DNA of 64,000 bases from Squalus acanthias (taxonomy: Eukaryota): the NCBI GenBank assembly GCA_030390025.1, contig CM059432.1:27282001-27346000 (forward strand), read 5' to 3'. A program made the translations under genes and the position numbers. The notes beneath the pieces were generated by a model, which was not told where the DNA came from, made no database searches, and saw nothing but the letters and a program-made list of their open reading frames with translations. Positions 10,252 to 22,910 of the stretch are shown here, one piece after another. How positions within the stretch are numbered: the stretch's first letter is position 1; each line of letters starts with the position of its first letter.

Positions 10252-13187
10252 TCAGTACCCTGTACCTGCCTTCTCCCCATATCCCTTGATACCTTTAGCT
10301 TTAAGAAATATATCTAACTCATTCTTGAATATATTTAATGACTTGGCCTCAACTACCTCCTGTGGTAGAGAATTCCACAGGTTCACCACTCTCTGGGTGA
10401 AGAAATTCTTCCTCATTTCTGTCCTAAATGGCTTACCCCTTATTCTTAGATTATGACCCCTGGTTCTGGACTCTCCGACCATCGGGAACATTCTTTTTGT
10501 CAGAATTTTATATGTTCCGATGAGATCCCCTCTCATTCTTCTATACTCCAGCGAGTATAAGCCCAATCGACCCAATCTCTCCTCATATGTCATTCCTGCC
10601 ATCCCAGGTATCAGCCTTGTGAATCTTCGCTGAACTCCTTCCATGGCAAGAACATCCTTCCTCAGATAAGGCGACCAAAACTGCACACAGTACTCAAGGT
10701 GTGGTCTCACCAAGGCCCTGTACAACTGCAGCAGGACATCCCTGTTCCTATACTCAAACCCTTTCGGTATGAAGGCCAACATACCATTTGCCTTCTTCAC
10801 CGCCTGCTGCACCTGCATGCTTACTTTCAGCGACTGGTGCACAAGGACACCCAGGTCTCGTTGCACTTCCCCTTCTCCCAATCTATTGCCATTCAGATAA
10901 TAGTCTGCCTTTCTGTTTTTGACACCAAAGTGGATAACCTCGCATTTATCCACGTTATATTGCATCTGCCATGCTTCTGCCCACTCACCCAACCTGTCCA
11001 AATCATCCTGGAGTTTCTCGGTATCCTCCTCGCAGCACACACTCCCACCCAGCTTTGTGTCATCTGCAAACTTGGAGATATTACATTTAGTTCCCTTATC
11101 TAGATCATTAATGTATTTTGTGAATAGTTGGGGTCCAAGGACCGATCCCTGTGGTACCCCACTAGTCACTGCTTGCCACTCGGAAAAAGACCCATTAATT
11201 CCTACTCTCTGCTTTCTGTCCGTGAACCAATTCTCTATCCAAGTCAATACCTTGCCCCCAATCCCATGTGCCTTAACTTTACACGCTAATCTCTTATGCG
11301 GGACCTTATCGAAAGCCTTCTGAAAGTCCAAATACACCACATCTACTGGTTCTCCCTTATCTATTTTCCCAGTTACATCCTCAAAAAATTCCAGTAGATT
11401 AGTCAAGCACGATTTACCTTTTGTAAATCCATGTTGACTTTGTCTGATCCTGTCACTGTTTTTCAAGTGCTCAGCTATTACATCCTTTATAATGGACTCT
11501 AGCATTTTCCCCACTACCGATGTCAGGCTTACCGGTCTGTAATTCCCCACTTTCTCTCTACCACCCTTTTTGAATAGTGGGGTAACATTAGCTACCCTCC
11601 AATCCATGGGTACAGTTCCAGATTCCATCGAATGTTGGAAGATGATCAGCAATGCATCTACTATTTCTAGGGCCACTTCCTTAAGTACCCTAGGATGTAG
11701 GTTATCAGGCCCTGGGGATTTATCGGCCTTCAATCCCGTCAATTTCCTGAACACCATTTCCCTGCAAATACTGATTTCTTTCAGTTCCTCCCTTTCATCA
11801 GACCGTATGTTCTCCAACATCTCTGGGAGGTTATTTGTGTCCTCATTTGTGAAGACAGAACCAAAATATGCATTTAATTGGTCTGCCATTTCTTTGTTCC
11901 CCATTATAACTTCGCCCGCTTCTGACTGCAAGGGACCTACACTTGATTTCACTAATCTTTTTCTCTTCACATATCTATAAAAGCTCTTACAGTCAGTTTT
12001 TATGTTCCCAGCAAGCTTACTTTTATATTCTATTTTCCCCTTCTTAATTAATCCTTTGTCCTCCTTTGTTGAATCCTAAACTACTCCCAATCCTCAGGGT
12101 TATCGCTTTTTCTGGCCAATTTATAAGCCCTCTCCTTGAATTTTATGCTATCCCTAATTTCCCTTGTTAGCCACGGTTGAGTCACCCTTTTTGTTTTATT
12201 CTTATGCCACACTGGGATGAACAAATTCTGTAGTTCATCCATGCAGTCTTTGAATGTTTGCCATTGCCTAGCCACCGTCAACCCTTTGAGTAACATTCCC
12301 CAATCAATCCTACCCAATTCGTGCCTCATACCATCGTAGTTTCCTTTATTTAAATTCAGGACCCTAGTCTCTGATTCAACTACTTCACTCTCCATGCTAA
12401 TGAAGAATTCTATCATATTATGATCACTCTGACCCAAGGGGCCTCGTACAACAAGATTGCTAATTAATCCTTTCTCGTTACATAATACCCAGTCTAAGAT
12501 GGCCTGATCTCTGGTTGGGTCCTCGACATATTGTTCCAGAAAACCATCCCGTAAACATTCTAGGAATTCCTCCTCCACAGTATTTTTACTAATTTGGTTA
12601 GCCCAATCTATATGTAAATTAAAGTCACCCATGATGACTGCTGTGCCCTTACTGCATGCTTCTCTAATTTCCCTTTTAATGCCATCCCCAACCTCCGTAT
12701 TACTGTTTGGAGGTCTATATACCACTCCCACTAACGTTTTCTGCCCCTTGTTATTTCTCAGTTCTACCCATACAGATTCCACATCATCAGAGCTAATATC
12801 CTTCCTTTCAATGATGTTAATCCCCTCTTTAACCAGCAATGCTACCCCACCTCCCTTTCTTTTTTGCCTATCTTTCCTAAATATTGAATAACCCTGGATG
12901 TTGAGTGCCCAGCCTTGGCCACCCTGGAGCCATGTTTCTGTAATCCCAATCAAATCGTATTCATTTACCTCTATTTGCGCAGCTAATTCATCCACCTTGT
13001 ACCGAATGCTCCTTGCATTAAGACACAAAGCCTTCAAGTTTGTTTTTTTAACGCTCTCAGAACTATATGAATTATCATTTACTGTGACCATGTTTGATTT
13101 AAACCGTTGAGTTCTTTGCCTTCTACTTTTGTTTTTCTCCTTCCTGTCTTTAGCTTTTATCCTTGTTTCCCTTTCCTCTGTCTCCAT
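10252..13187 (-). pseudogene. CR1 ORF2 (APE endonuclease + reverse transcriptase), broken at ~12081-11970
   Basis: CLNARS, ITETW, YRPP, MGDFN, SDHN; YRPVSL, QHGF, GVPQGSVLGP, FADD; premature stop at 12081. Confidence 0.93.
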
Positions 13188-13213
13188 GCTCAGGTTCCCA
13201 ACCCCATGCCACT

Positions 13214-14164
13214 TTAGTTTAAACCCTCCCCAACAGCACTAGCAAACACTCCCCCTAGGACATCGGTCCCGGCCCTGCCCAGGTGCAGACCGTCCCATTT
13301 GTACTGGTCCCACCTCCCCCAGAACCGGTTCCAATGTCCAAGGAATTTAAATCCCTCCCCCTTGCACCATTCCTCTAGCCACATATTAATTTGAAATATC
13401 CTCCTATTTCTACTCTGACTAGCATGTGGCACTGGAAGCAATCCTGAGATTACTACCTTTGAGGTCCTATTTTTTAATTTACCTCCTAACTCCCTATATT
13501 CTGCTTTTAGGACCTCATCCCGTTTTTTACCTATATCGTTGATGCCTATGTGCACCACGACAACTGGCTGTTCGCCCTCCCCCTCCAAAATGTTCTGTAG
13601 CCGCTCCGAGATGTCCTTGATCCTTGCACCAGGGAGGCAACACACCATCCTGGAGTCTCGTTTGCTGCCGCAGAAACGCCTATCTATTCCCCTTACAATT
13701 GAGTCCCCTATCACTATCGCTCTTCCACACTTTTTCCTCCCAGCCTGTGCAGCAGAGCCACCCATGGTGCCAGGAAGTTGGCTGCTGCTGCCTTCCCCTG
13801 ATAAGTCATCCCCCCCAACAGTATCCAAAGTGGTATATCTGTTTGAGAGGGGGATAGCCACAGGGGACCCTTGCACTACCTGCCTGCACCTCTTACTCTG
13901 CCTGGTAGTCACCCATTCACTTCCTGCCTGTACACCCTTTGCCTGCGGTGTGACCAACTCGCTAAACGTGCTATCCACGACGTTCTCAGCATCGCGAATG
14001 CTCCAATATGCATTCATCCGCAGCTCCAGCGCCACAATGCGTTCTATCAGTAGCTGCAGCTGGATACATTTCCCACACACATGGTCGTCAGGGACACAGG
14101 AAGCATCCCTGATTTCCCACATGTAGCAGGAGGAGCATATCTCGGGGCGGAGCTCTCCTGACAT
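13214..14164 (-). CDS. CR1 ORF1 (zinc finger + SGNH/GDSL esterase), 316 aa
   Basis: CSSC...CGKC, IVIGDSIVR, HIGINDI, DGLHL. Confidence 0.9.
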   Translation of the reverse strand: MSGELRPEICSSCYMWEIRDASCVPDDHVCGKCIQLQLLIERIVALELRMNAYWSIRDAENVVDSTFSELVTPQAKGVQAGSEWVTTRQSKRCRQVVQGSPVAIPLSNRYTTLDTVGGDDLSGEGSSSQLPGTMGGSAAQAGRKKCGRAIVIGDSIVRGIDRRFCGSKRDSRMVCCLPGARIKDISERLQNILEGEGEQPVVVVHIGINDIGKKRDEVLKAEYRELGGKLKNRTSKVVISGLLPVPHASQSRNRRIFQINMWLEEWCKGEGFKFLGHWNRFWGRWDQYKWDGLHLGRAGTDVLGGVFASAVGEGLN

Positions 14165-14251
14165 GAGTTACCCTTTAATTAATTAATTAAAATTAAATGA
14201 AATGAATCCCACCAATTTCACTTTAATTAAATAATATACTCAAGGGCCCTT

Positions 14252-14502
14252 TCCCGACACTGGCCTCTGTAAAAAGCCCACAAAAGTGAGTTTAACTACT
14301 CACTGTGCTACTGCTCTCTCCGCTCCAACACTGGCCTCTGCAAAAAAGCCCACGAAAGTGAGTTTAACTACTCACTGTGCTGCTGCTCTCTCCGCTCCCG
14401 ACACTGGCCTCTGCAAAAAAGCCCGCGAAAGTGAGTTTAACTACTCAGAGTGCTGCTGCTCTCTCTACTCCCAACACTGGCCTCTGCAAAAAAGCCCGCA
14501 AA
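14252..14502. repeat. ~72-bp tandem repeat (~3.4 units) in the CR1 5'UTR
   Basis: ACACTGGCCTCTG recurs at 14257, 14328, 14401, 14474. Confidence 0.92.
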
Positions 14503-16752
14503 ATAAACTTAAAAACTTAACAAAAGCACTCACCTGCAACTCACCAATGAGCGCTCTCCCTCTAGTAATGGGCTATGAACTACTCAGCAGAAATACACTT
14601 AAAACTGAACAAAAAACTTAACAGAAAATACCCACCAGCTACTCACCAATCAGCTCCCCTCTGACCACCTCACTTCTGAATTCTGACGTCACTCCTGTGC
14701 TGAGTTCCTCTCGCTGACTCTGTGCCTCTCACAGGTCCGCCGCTCAGCTCTGTTCCAAAGAAAACAACCCCAGCCTATCCAATCTTTCCTCATAGCTAAA
14801 ATTCTCCAGTCCTGGCAACATCCTCGTAAATCTCCTCTGTACCCTCCCTAGCAATAGCAACTGTTGAAAGGGAGTTGGATAAATACTTGAAGTGAAACAT
14901 TTGCAGAGCTGTGGGGAAAGAGCAGAGGGGTGGGTCTAATTGGATGGCTCTTTCAAAGAGTTTACAAAGCTCTTTCACAATCACGATAGGCCAAGTGGCC
15001 TCCTCTGTGCTGTATCATTCTATGATTCTATGACCTCTAGTCTATATGGCTGAGGTACTCACTGGATGAACTCACTGATCCATGGTTGGAAGTGGGGAGA
15101 GAAGGGGAATGGTGAGACAAGTTTGCAAGCTTCCTTGAAAGCTGTTTATGCCTCAAACTGCATCCATCCTCCTCCACCCATTTTTTCAACCCTTCCTGCA
15201 CTGACTCTTGAGCAATGCAACATAGAAGCATAGAAATTTATGGCACAGAAGGAGGCTATTCGACCCATCGTGTCCGTGCCGGCTGAAAAAGAGCTATCCC
15301 CTAATCCCACTTTTCAGCTCTTGGTCAATAGCTTTGTAGGTTATGGCACTTCAAGTGCATATCGAAGTACTTTTTAAATGTGATGAGGGTTTCTGCCTCT
15401 ACCACCCTTTCAGGCAGTGAGTTCCAGACCCCTCCACACTCTGGGTGAAAAAGTTCTCCTCAACTCCCCTCTAATGCTTCTACCAATTATTTTAAATCTA
15501 TACCCCTGGTTATTGACTTCTCTGCTAGAGGAAATAGGCCCTTCCTATCCACTCTATCTAGGCCCCTCATAATTTTATACATCTCAATCAAGTCTCCCCT
15601 CAGTCTCCTCTGTTCCAAAGAAAACAACCCCAGCCTATCCAATCTTTCCTCATAGCTAAAATTCTCCAGTCCTGGCAACATCCTCGTAAATCTCCTCTGT
15701 ACCCTCCCTAGTGCAATCACATCTTTCCTGTAAAGTGATGACCAGAACTGTACACAGTGCATTAGGTGTGGCCTAACGAGTGTTTTATACAGTTCAAGCA
15801 TAACCTCCCTGCTCTTGTATTCTATGACTCAGCTAATAAAAGAAAGTATCCCGTATGCCTGTTCTGCTACCTTCAGGGATCTGTGGACATGCACTCCAAG
15901 GTCCCTCTGTTCCTCTACACTTCTCAGTATCCTACCATTTATTGTGTAGCTCCTTGCCTTGTTAGCCCTCCCCAAATGCATTACCTCACATTTCTCTGGA
16001 TTGAATTCCATTTGCCACTTTTCTGCCCAGTTGACCAGTCCATTGATATTTTCCTGCAGTCTACATCTTTCTTCCTCACTATCAACCACACGACCAATTT
16101 TTACATCATCTGCAAACTTCTTAATCATTAAAGTCTAAATCATTGATGTATACCACAAAAAGCAAGGATCTATTACTGAGCCCTGCGGAACCCCACTGGA
16201 AACAGCCTTCCAGTCACAAAAACATCCATTGACCATTACCCTTTGCTTCCTGCCACTGAGCCAATTTTGGATGCAACTTGCCACTTTCCCTTGGATCCCA
16301 TGGGCTTTTACTTTTCTGACCAGTCTGCCATGTGGGACTTTGTCAAAAGCCTTGCTAAAATCCATGTAGACTACATCAAACGGACTATCCTCATCAACCC
16401 TACTTGTTACCTCCTCAGAACATTCAATCAAGTTAGTCAGACATGACCTTCCCTTAACAAATCCATGCTGACTGTCCTTGATTAATCCGTGCCTTTCTAA
16501 ATGACGATTAATACTGTCGCTCAGAATTTTTTCTAACAATTTGCCCACCACCGAGGTTAGGCTGACTGGTCTGTAATTACTCGGTCTATCCCGTTCTCCC
16601 TTTTTAAACAACAATACAACGTTAGCAGTCCTCCAGTCCTCTGGCACCACACCTGTAGTGGTCATGATGCGGAGATGCCGGTGTTGGACTGGGGTGGACA
16701 AAATTGAGAGGTCGCACAACACCAGGTTATAGTCCAACAGTTTTATTTGAAA

Positions 16753-16790
16753 TCACAAGCTTTCGGAGCTATCACTCCTTCCTCAGGTGA
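16753..16790 (-). ncRNA. Minimal hammerhead ribozyme
   Basis: Same motif as 8504-8541. Confidence 0.75.
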
Positions 16791-18254
16791 AGTAAATTGG
16801 ATACAGAATCGCCAGAGCATATATAGATGGAAAAAAAAGCATGTGTACTTTACAATTGCAGACCAATAAATTAAATCATCCTGACTATCTGCCGAGGTGT
16901 GATAAAGTTAATTAAGTCAGCCAGGAAGGTACCACATCAAAAGACATAGCAAGATACAACTGAGACAATGAGGTGTAGTCGCAGGGGTTCCAACGTGTCA
17001 AAAGCTGCCGTCTGTATGTAAAACGAAAAGCTTTAAAAAAAATTTACTTTTTTACTGGGAAAATTTTTACTTTTTTACTGGGAATCACATCTGTGAACAA
17101 GCTAACGACGACTCGAGTCCGGATCACGTCATGTATCGTGACATAAACCCAAGATCCCGATTGAGACCGTCTTCATGAGTTCGGAACTTGGCTATCAGTT
17201 TCTGCTCGATGATTTTGCGTTGTCGTGTGTTTCTAAGGTTGCCTTGGAGAACGCTTACCCGCAGATCCGAGGCTGAATGTCCTTGACTGCTGAAGTGTTC
17301 CCCGACTGGGAGGTAACAATCCTGCCTGGCGATTGTTGCGCGGTGCTCGTTCATACGTTGTCTCAGTGTCTGCATGGTCTCGCCGATGTACCATGCCGCG
17401 GTGCATTCTTTCCTGCAACGTATGAGGTAGACAACGTTGGCCGAGTCACATGAGTATGTACCATGTACCTGGTGGGTAGTGTCCTCACGTGTGATGGTGG
17501 TATCTGTGTTGATGATCTGGCATGTCTTGCAGAGTTTGCCATGGCAGGGTTGTGTGGTGTCGTGGTCGCTGTTATCCTGAAAGCTGGGTAATTTGCTGCG
17601 AACGATGGTACTTCTGAGGTTAGGCGGCTGTTTGAAGGCAAGTAGTGGAGGCGTGGGGATGGCCTTAGCGAGGTGTTTGTCGTCATCGATGACATGTTGA
17701 AGGCTGCGAAGAACATGTCGTAGTTTCTCCGCTCCGGGGAAGTACTGGACGACGTAGGGTACCCTGTTGGTTGTGTCCCGTGTTTGCCTTCTGAGGAGGT
17801 CTATGCGATTTTTCGCTGTGGCCCGTCGGAACTGTCGATCGATGAGTCGAGCGTCATATCCCGTTCTTACGAGGGCGTTTTTCAGCGGGATCTTGGGTTT
17901 ATGTCACGATACATGACGTGATCCGGACTCGAGTCGTCGTTAGCTTGTTCACAGATGTGATTCCCAGTAAAAAAGTAAAAATTTTCCCAGTAAAAAAGTA
18001 AATTTTTTTTAAAGCTTTTCGTTTTACATACAGACGGCAGCTTTTGACACGTTGGAACCCCTGCGACTACACCTCATTGTCTCAGTTGTATCTTGCTATG
18101 TCTTTTGATGTGGTACCTTCCTGGCTGACTTAATTAACTTTATCACACCTCGGCAGATAGTCAGGATGATTTAATTTATTGGTCTGCAATTGTAAAGTAC
18201 ACATGCTTTTTTTTCCATCTATATATGCTCTGGCGATTCTGAATCCAATTTACT

Positions 18255-18292
18255 TCACCTGAGGAAGGAGTGATAGCTCCGAAAGCTTGTGA
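18255..18292 (+). ncRNA. Minimal hammerhead ribozyme
   Basis: Same motif as 8504-8541. Confidence 0.75.
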
Positions 18293-19328
18293 TTTCAAAT
18301 AAAACTGTTGGACTATAACCTGGTGTTGTGCGACCTCTCAATTTTGACCACACCTGTAGCCAGAGAAGGTTGAAAAATGATGGTCAGATCCTCCGCCATT
18401 TCCTCCCTTGCTTCTCTTAACAGCCTGGGATACATTTCATCCTAGCCTGGCAATTTATCAACTTTCAAAGATGCTAAACCCCTTAATATTTCCTCTTGTG
18501 AAGGAATAAGCCATATAACCTATTCAGAAAAATACACCATTCTATGAAAGAATTCTGGCCTTATTAAAACATGACAAACTGGGTTTGGAAATCTAGAAAC
18601 CTAACTATGAAAAAGCTGTGAAAGCATTCTGGCTATAGCGATAAGATAGTTGTTGACACTGAATCAATAACCTTATTGAAACAGAAGGTTAAAGGCTCCG
18701 GTAGGCTGAACCTTTTGGAATGAGACAATGGTTCACCCTGGATAAGGTGTTCTAATTTACACTTCGTAAAGAAGCACATAAAAGTAAGAAACATCTACAT
18801 AGAACATAGAACATAGAACAGTACAGCACAGTACAGGCCCTTCGGCCCTCGATGTTGTGCCGAGCATTGTCCGAAACCAAGATCAAGCTATCCCACTCCC
18901 TATCATTCTGGTGTGCTCCATGTGCTTATCCAATAACCGCTTGAAAGTTCCTAAAGTGTCCGACTCCACTATCACAGCAGGCAGTCCATTCCACACCCCA
19001 ACCACTCTCTGAGTAAAGAATCTACCTCGGACATCCCTTCTATATCTCCCCCCATGCACCTTATAGTTATGGCCCCTTGTAACAGCTACATCCACCCGAG
19101 GAAATACTCTCAGAACATCCACTCTATCCATCCCCCTCATCATCTTATAAACCTCTATTAAGTCGCCTCTCATCCTCCTCCGCTCTAAAGAGAAAAGCCC
19201 TAGCTCCCTCAATCTTTCCTCATAAGACCTCCCCCCCAAACCAGGCAGCATCCTGGTAAATCTCCTTTGCACTCTTTCCAATGCTTCCACGTCCTTCCTA
19301 TAGTGAGGTGACCAGAACTGCACACAAT

Positions 19329-20071
19329 GGCCCAAAAATTAGTGTTGCTACGCGAGAGTACGCACTGTGTACTCTCGCGTATTCTGTCGCCAATTGCCGG
19401 TTTTCTGCATGCACTGCGCATGCGCTGAAAACCGACACTTGGTGATTTAAAAAGGGGGCGGTTCCTAGGTGAACCGCGTGCGCGCTACAGGCTGCGCGCA
19501 CGCAGTGCACTTAGTGCTTTGAACGCGCAGGTAAGCATGGAAGATTTTGCACATAAAGAAAGGAGGCGTAAGACCCTCTTTTAACAAGGTAAGTAGTTAA
19601 TTAAGTATTATTTTGAATTTTTTTCAACAGGTATATCTTTTTTAGAGACTTTAAAGAAAGGTAAGTTTATTTTTATAACTTTTTAAAAGATTTTAAATTT
19701 TTTCAAAAATTTAATTTTTTGTTTAAAATGGTTAATTTATTTAACTATACTTATTTTATTAATGTGATGGTTTTTTTTTAAATTTAATTGAGGTTTAGCT
19801 GTTCTTTTGGGGGGGTATAGATTCATAGCTTTCACAGCACTTGTTGTGAAAGCTATGAATGAAAGATGGTGTGCTGCCATTGGCTCTAACTGAGTCACGT
19901 GATCCCACAGCTCGCACGAATTAACTGCGCCTGTGGGATATGGAAGCCCAGCACAGCTGCTGTCCAGAACATCAAGTTCGTGCGAGCTGGGAATGAAAAA
20001 GCCAGTGCGCAGTGAGAGATCGCGGGGAAGCCTTACCCTCGCACGAAGGCTCCCTCACTAATTTTTGGGCC
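19329..20071. mobile_element. Harbinger/Tourist-type MITE (743 bp)
   Basis: Perfect 16-bp TIR GGCCCAAAAATTAGTG; TSD AAT. Confidence 0.92.
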
Positions 20072-20660
20072 AATATTCCAAATGTGGTCTCACCAAGGTC
20101 CTGTACAGTTACAGTATAACCTCACGGTTCTTAAACTCAAACCCCTTGTTAATAAACGCAAATACACTATAGGCCTTCTTTACTGCTCTATCCACTTGAG
20201 TGGCAACCTTCAGAGATCTGTGGATATGAACCCCCAGATCCCTCTGTTCCTCCACGTTCCTCAGAACCCTGCCGTTGACCCTGTAATCCTTATTCAAATT
20301 TGCCCTACCAAAATGAATCACCTCGCACTTATCAGGGTTAAATTCCATCTGCCATTTTTCGGCCCAGCTCTGCATCCTATCAATGTCTCTTTGCAGCCTA
20401 CAACAGCCCTCCACCTCATCCACTACTCCACCAATCTTGGTGTCATCAGCAAATTTACTGATCCACCCTTCAGTCCCCTCCTCCAAGTCATTGATAAAAA
20501 TCACAAACAGCAGAGGACCCAGCACCGACCCCTGTGGCACACCGCTGGTAACTGGTCTCCAGTCCGAAAATGTTCCATCCACCACCACCCTCTGCCTTCT
20601 ATGAGATAAAATTGAGAGGTCGCACAACACCAGGTTATAGTCCAACAGTTTTATTTGAAA

Positions 20661-20698
20661 TCACAAGCTTTCGGAACTATCGCTCCTTCCTCAGGTGA
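20661..20698 (-). ncRNA. Minimal hammerhead ribozyme (variant)
   Basis: Stem II GGAG(CGATAG)TTCC with a G-U wobble. Confidence 0.7.
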
Positions 20699-21395
20699 AG
20701 TAAATTGGATACAGAATCGTCAGAGCATATATAGATGGAAAAAAAAGCATGTGTACTTTACAATTGCAGACCAATAAATTAAATCATCCTGACTATCTGC
20801 CGAGGTGTGATAAAGTTAATTAAGTCAGCCAGGAAGGTACCACATCAAAAGACATAGCAAGATACAACTGAGACAATGAGGTGAAGTCGCAGGGGTTCTA
20901 ACGTGTCAAAAGCTGCCGTCTGTATGTAAAACGAAAAGCTTTAAAAAAAAAAAAATTTTACTTTTTTACTGGGAAAATTTTTACTTTTTTACTGGGAATC
21001 ACATCTGTGAACAAGCTAACGACGACTCGAGTCCGGATCACGTCATGTATCGTGACATAAACCCAAGATCCCGATTGAGACCGTCTTCATGAGTGCAGAA
21101 CTTGGCTATCAGTTTCTGCTCGATGATTTTGCGTTGTCGTGTGTTTCTAAGGTTGCCTTGGAGAACGCTTACCCGCAGATCCGAGGCTGAATGTCCTTGA
21201 CTGCTGAAGTGTTCCCCGACTGGGAGGTAACAATCCTGCCTGGCGATTGTTGCGCGGTGCTCGTTCATACGTTGTCTCAGTGTCTGCATGGTCTCGCCGA
21301 TGTACCATGATTTAATTTATTGGTCTGCAATTGTAAAGTACACATGCTTTTTTTTCCATCTATATATGCTCTGACGATTCTGTATCCAATTTACT

Positions 21396-21433
21396 TCACC
21401 TGAGGAAGGAGCGATAGTTCCGAAAGCTTGTGA
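21396..21433 (+). ncRNA. Minimal hammerhead ribozyme (variant)
   Basis: Same variant as 20661-20698. Confidence 0.7.
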
Positions 21434-22152
21434 TTTCAAATAAAACTGTTGGACTATAACCTGGTGTTGTGCGACCTCTCAATTCTATGAGATAGCCAGT
21501 TACTTATCCAATCGGCCAAATTTCCCTCTATCCCACAACTCCTTACTTTCTTCATGAGACGACCATGGGGAACCTTATCAAACGCCTTACTAAAATCCAT
21601 GTATACGACATCAACTGCTCTACCTTCATCTACACACTTAGTTACCTCCTCAAAGAATTCAATCAAATTTATTAGGCAAGACTTACCCTTCACGAATCCG
21701 TGTTGACTATACCGGATTAAGTTGCCCCTTTCCAAATGGTCATAAAGCCGATCCCTCAGGACCTTTTCCATTATCTTACCAACCACCGAAGTAAGACTAA
21801 CCAGCCTACAATTACCAGGGTCATTCCTATTTCCTTTCTTGAAGAGAGGAACAACATTCGCCACTCTCCAGTCCTCTGGCACCATCCCTGTGGACAGTGA
21901 GGACCCAAAGATCAAAGCCAAAGGCTCTGCAATCTTCTCCCTTGCCTCCCAAAGAATCCTAGGATATATCCCATCTGGCCCAGGGGACTTATCAACCCTC
22001 AGGTTCTTCAAAATTGCTAAAACATCTTCCCTCAGAACATCTACCTCCTCCAGCCTATCCACCTTTATCACACTCTCATCTTCAAAATCCCTTCACTCTC
22101 TCACTATGTTTATCTCATCTAGTATTTCACACTCCTCCTCCTTAATTACAAT

Positions 22153-22910
22153 GGCCCAAAAATTCGGCCCTTACCGGGTGAGTACGCGCTCTGTACTCAC
22201 CCGTATTGCTTCCTGAAGTGCCGGTTTCCTGCATGCATGCGTGGGAAACCGGAACTTCCGGTATGGTGAAGGGGGTAGTTCCTAGGTGAACCGCGTGCGC
22301 GTTAGAGTCTGTGCACACGCAGCAAACTTAGATTTTTTTTCAGGTTTCTACGCGAGGTTAAGTATTGAAGATACTACGCTAATGAAAAGGAGGCGCAAGA
22401 CCCGTTTTGAACAAGGTAAGTGGTTAATTAAGTATAATTTTAAAAAATTTTCAACAGGTTTATCTTTTTTAGATACTTTAAAGAAAGGTAAGTTTATTTT
22501 TATCACTTTTAAAAAGTATATTAATTTTTTCAAAAATTTAAATTTTTGTTTAAAGTGGTTAATTTATTTAACTATAGTTATTTTATAAATGTGATGGTTT
22601 TTAAAAAAAATGTATTTTAAGTTTAGCTGTTCTTTTGGGGCCGATTTCAATTCACAGATTTGACAGGTCTCCTGTCAGATCTATGAATGAAAGATGGTCT
22701 GCTGCCATTGGCTCTCCATGGCCCATGTGATCCCAGGGGACGCATCGTACTAACTGCGCCCCTGGAACACGCAAGCACTGCGCGCCGGCAGTTGGGAGAG
22801 GCCTGGGACCCGAAGTTCCCGTGGGCCCAAAACACAACGGCAGGCGCGGTAGGTAAGAGCGCGAGCGATTCTTACCCCCGCGGCAAGCCGGAGAGGCGAA
22901 TTTCTGGGCC
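22153..22910. mobile_element. Harbinger/Tourist-type MITE (758 bp), related to 19329-20071
   Basis: TIR GGCCCA(A/G)AAATTCG; TSD AAT/ATT; shared AT-rich core. Confidence 0.88.

Larger units (their letters stand above)
10160..14745 (-). mobile_element. Full-length CR1 LINE (5'UTR, ORF1, ORF2, tail)
   Basis: ORF1 esterase, APE endonuclease, RT and (CATAGAAA)n tail in canonical order. Confidence 0.93.
16661..18346 (-). mobile_element. Penelope-like family 1, fold-back copy B with GIY-YIG C-terminus
   Basis: Minus arm 16661-17885 encodes ...VVYLIRC...WYIGETMQTLRQRMNEH...GLN; inverted 461-bp arm 17886-18346; TSD ACCACACCTGTAG (16646-16658, 18347-18359). Confidence 0.93.
20608..21484. mobile_element. 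Penelope-like family 1, fold-back copy C (both arms tailless)
   Basis: Minus arm 20608-~21309, plus arm 21307-21484; TSD TTCTATGAGATA (20597-20608, 21483-21494). Confidence 0.92.
18796..22087 (-). mobile_element. 5'-truncated CR1 interrupted by a MITE and Penelope C
   Basis: ORFs 18883-19335, 20109-20645, 21454-22071; (CATAGAA)n tail. Confidence 0.9.
18497..22095. mobile_element. Probable solo LTR (18497-~18795 plus a 3' stub ~22088-22095) interrupted by a CR1
   Basis: TGTGAAGG...CCTTCA termini; 4-bp TSD CTCT (18493-18496, 22096-22099); host CR1 resumes after it. Confidence 0.6.

Noticed and set aside
10699..14126. Plus-strand ORFs over the CR1
   Set aside because: Antisense shadows of LINE coding sequence
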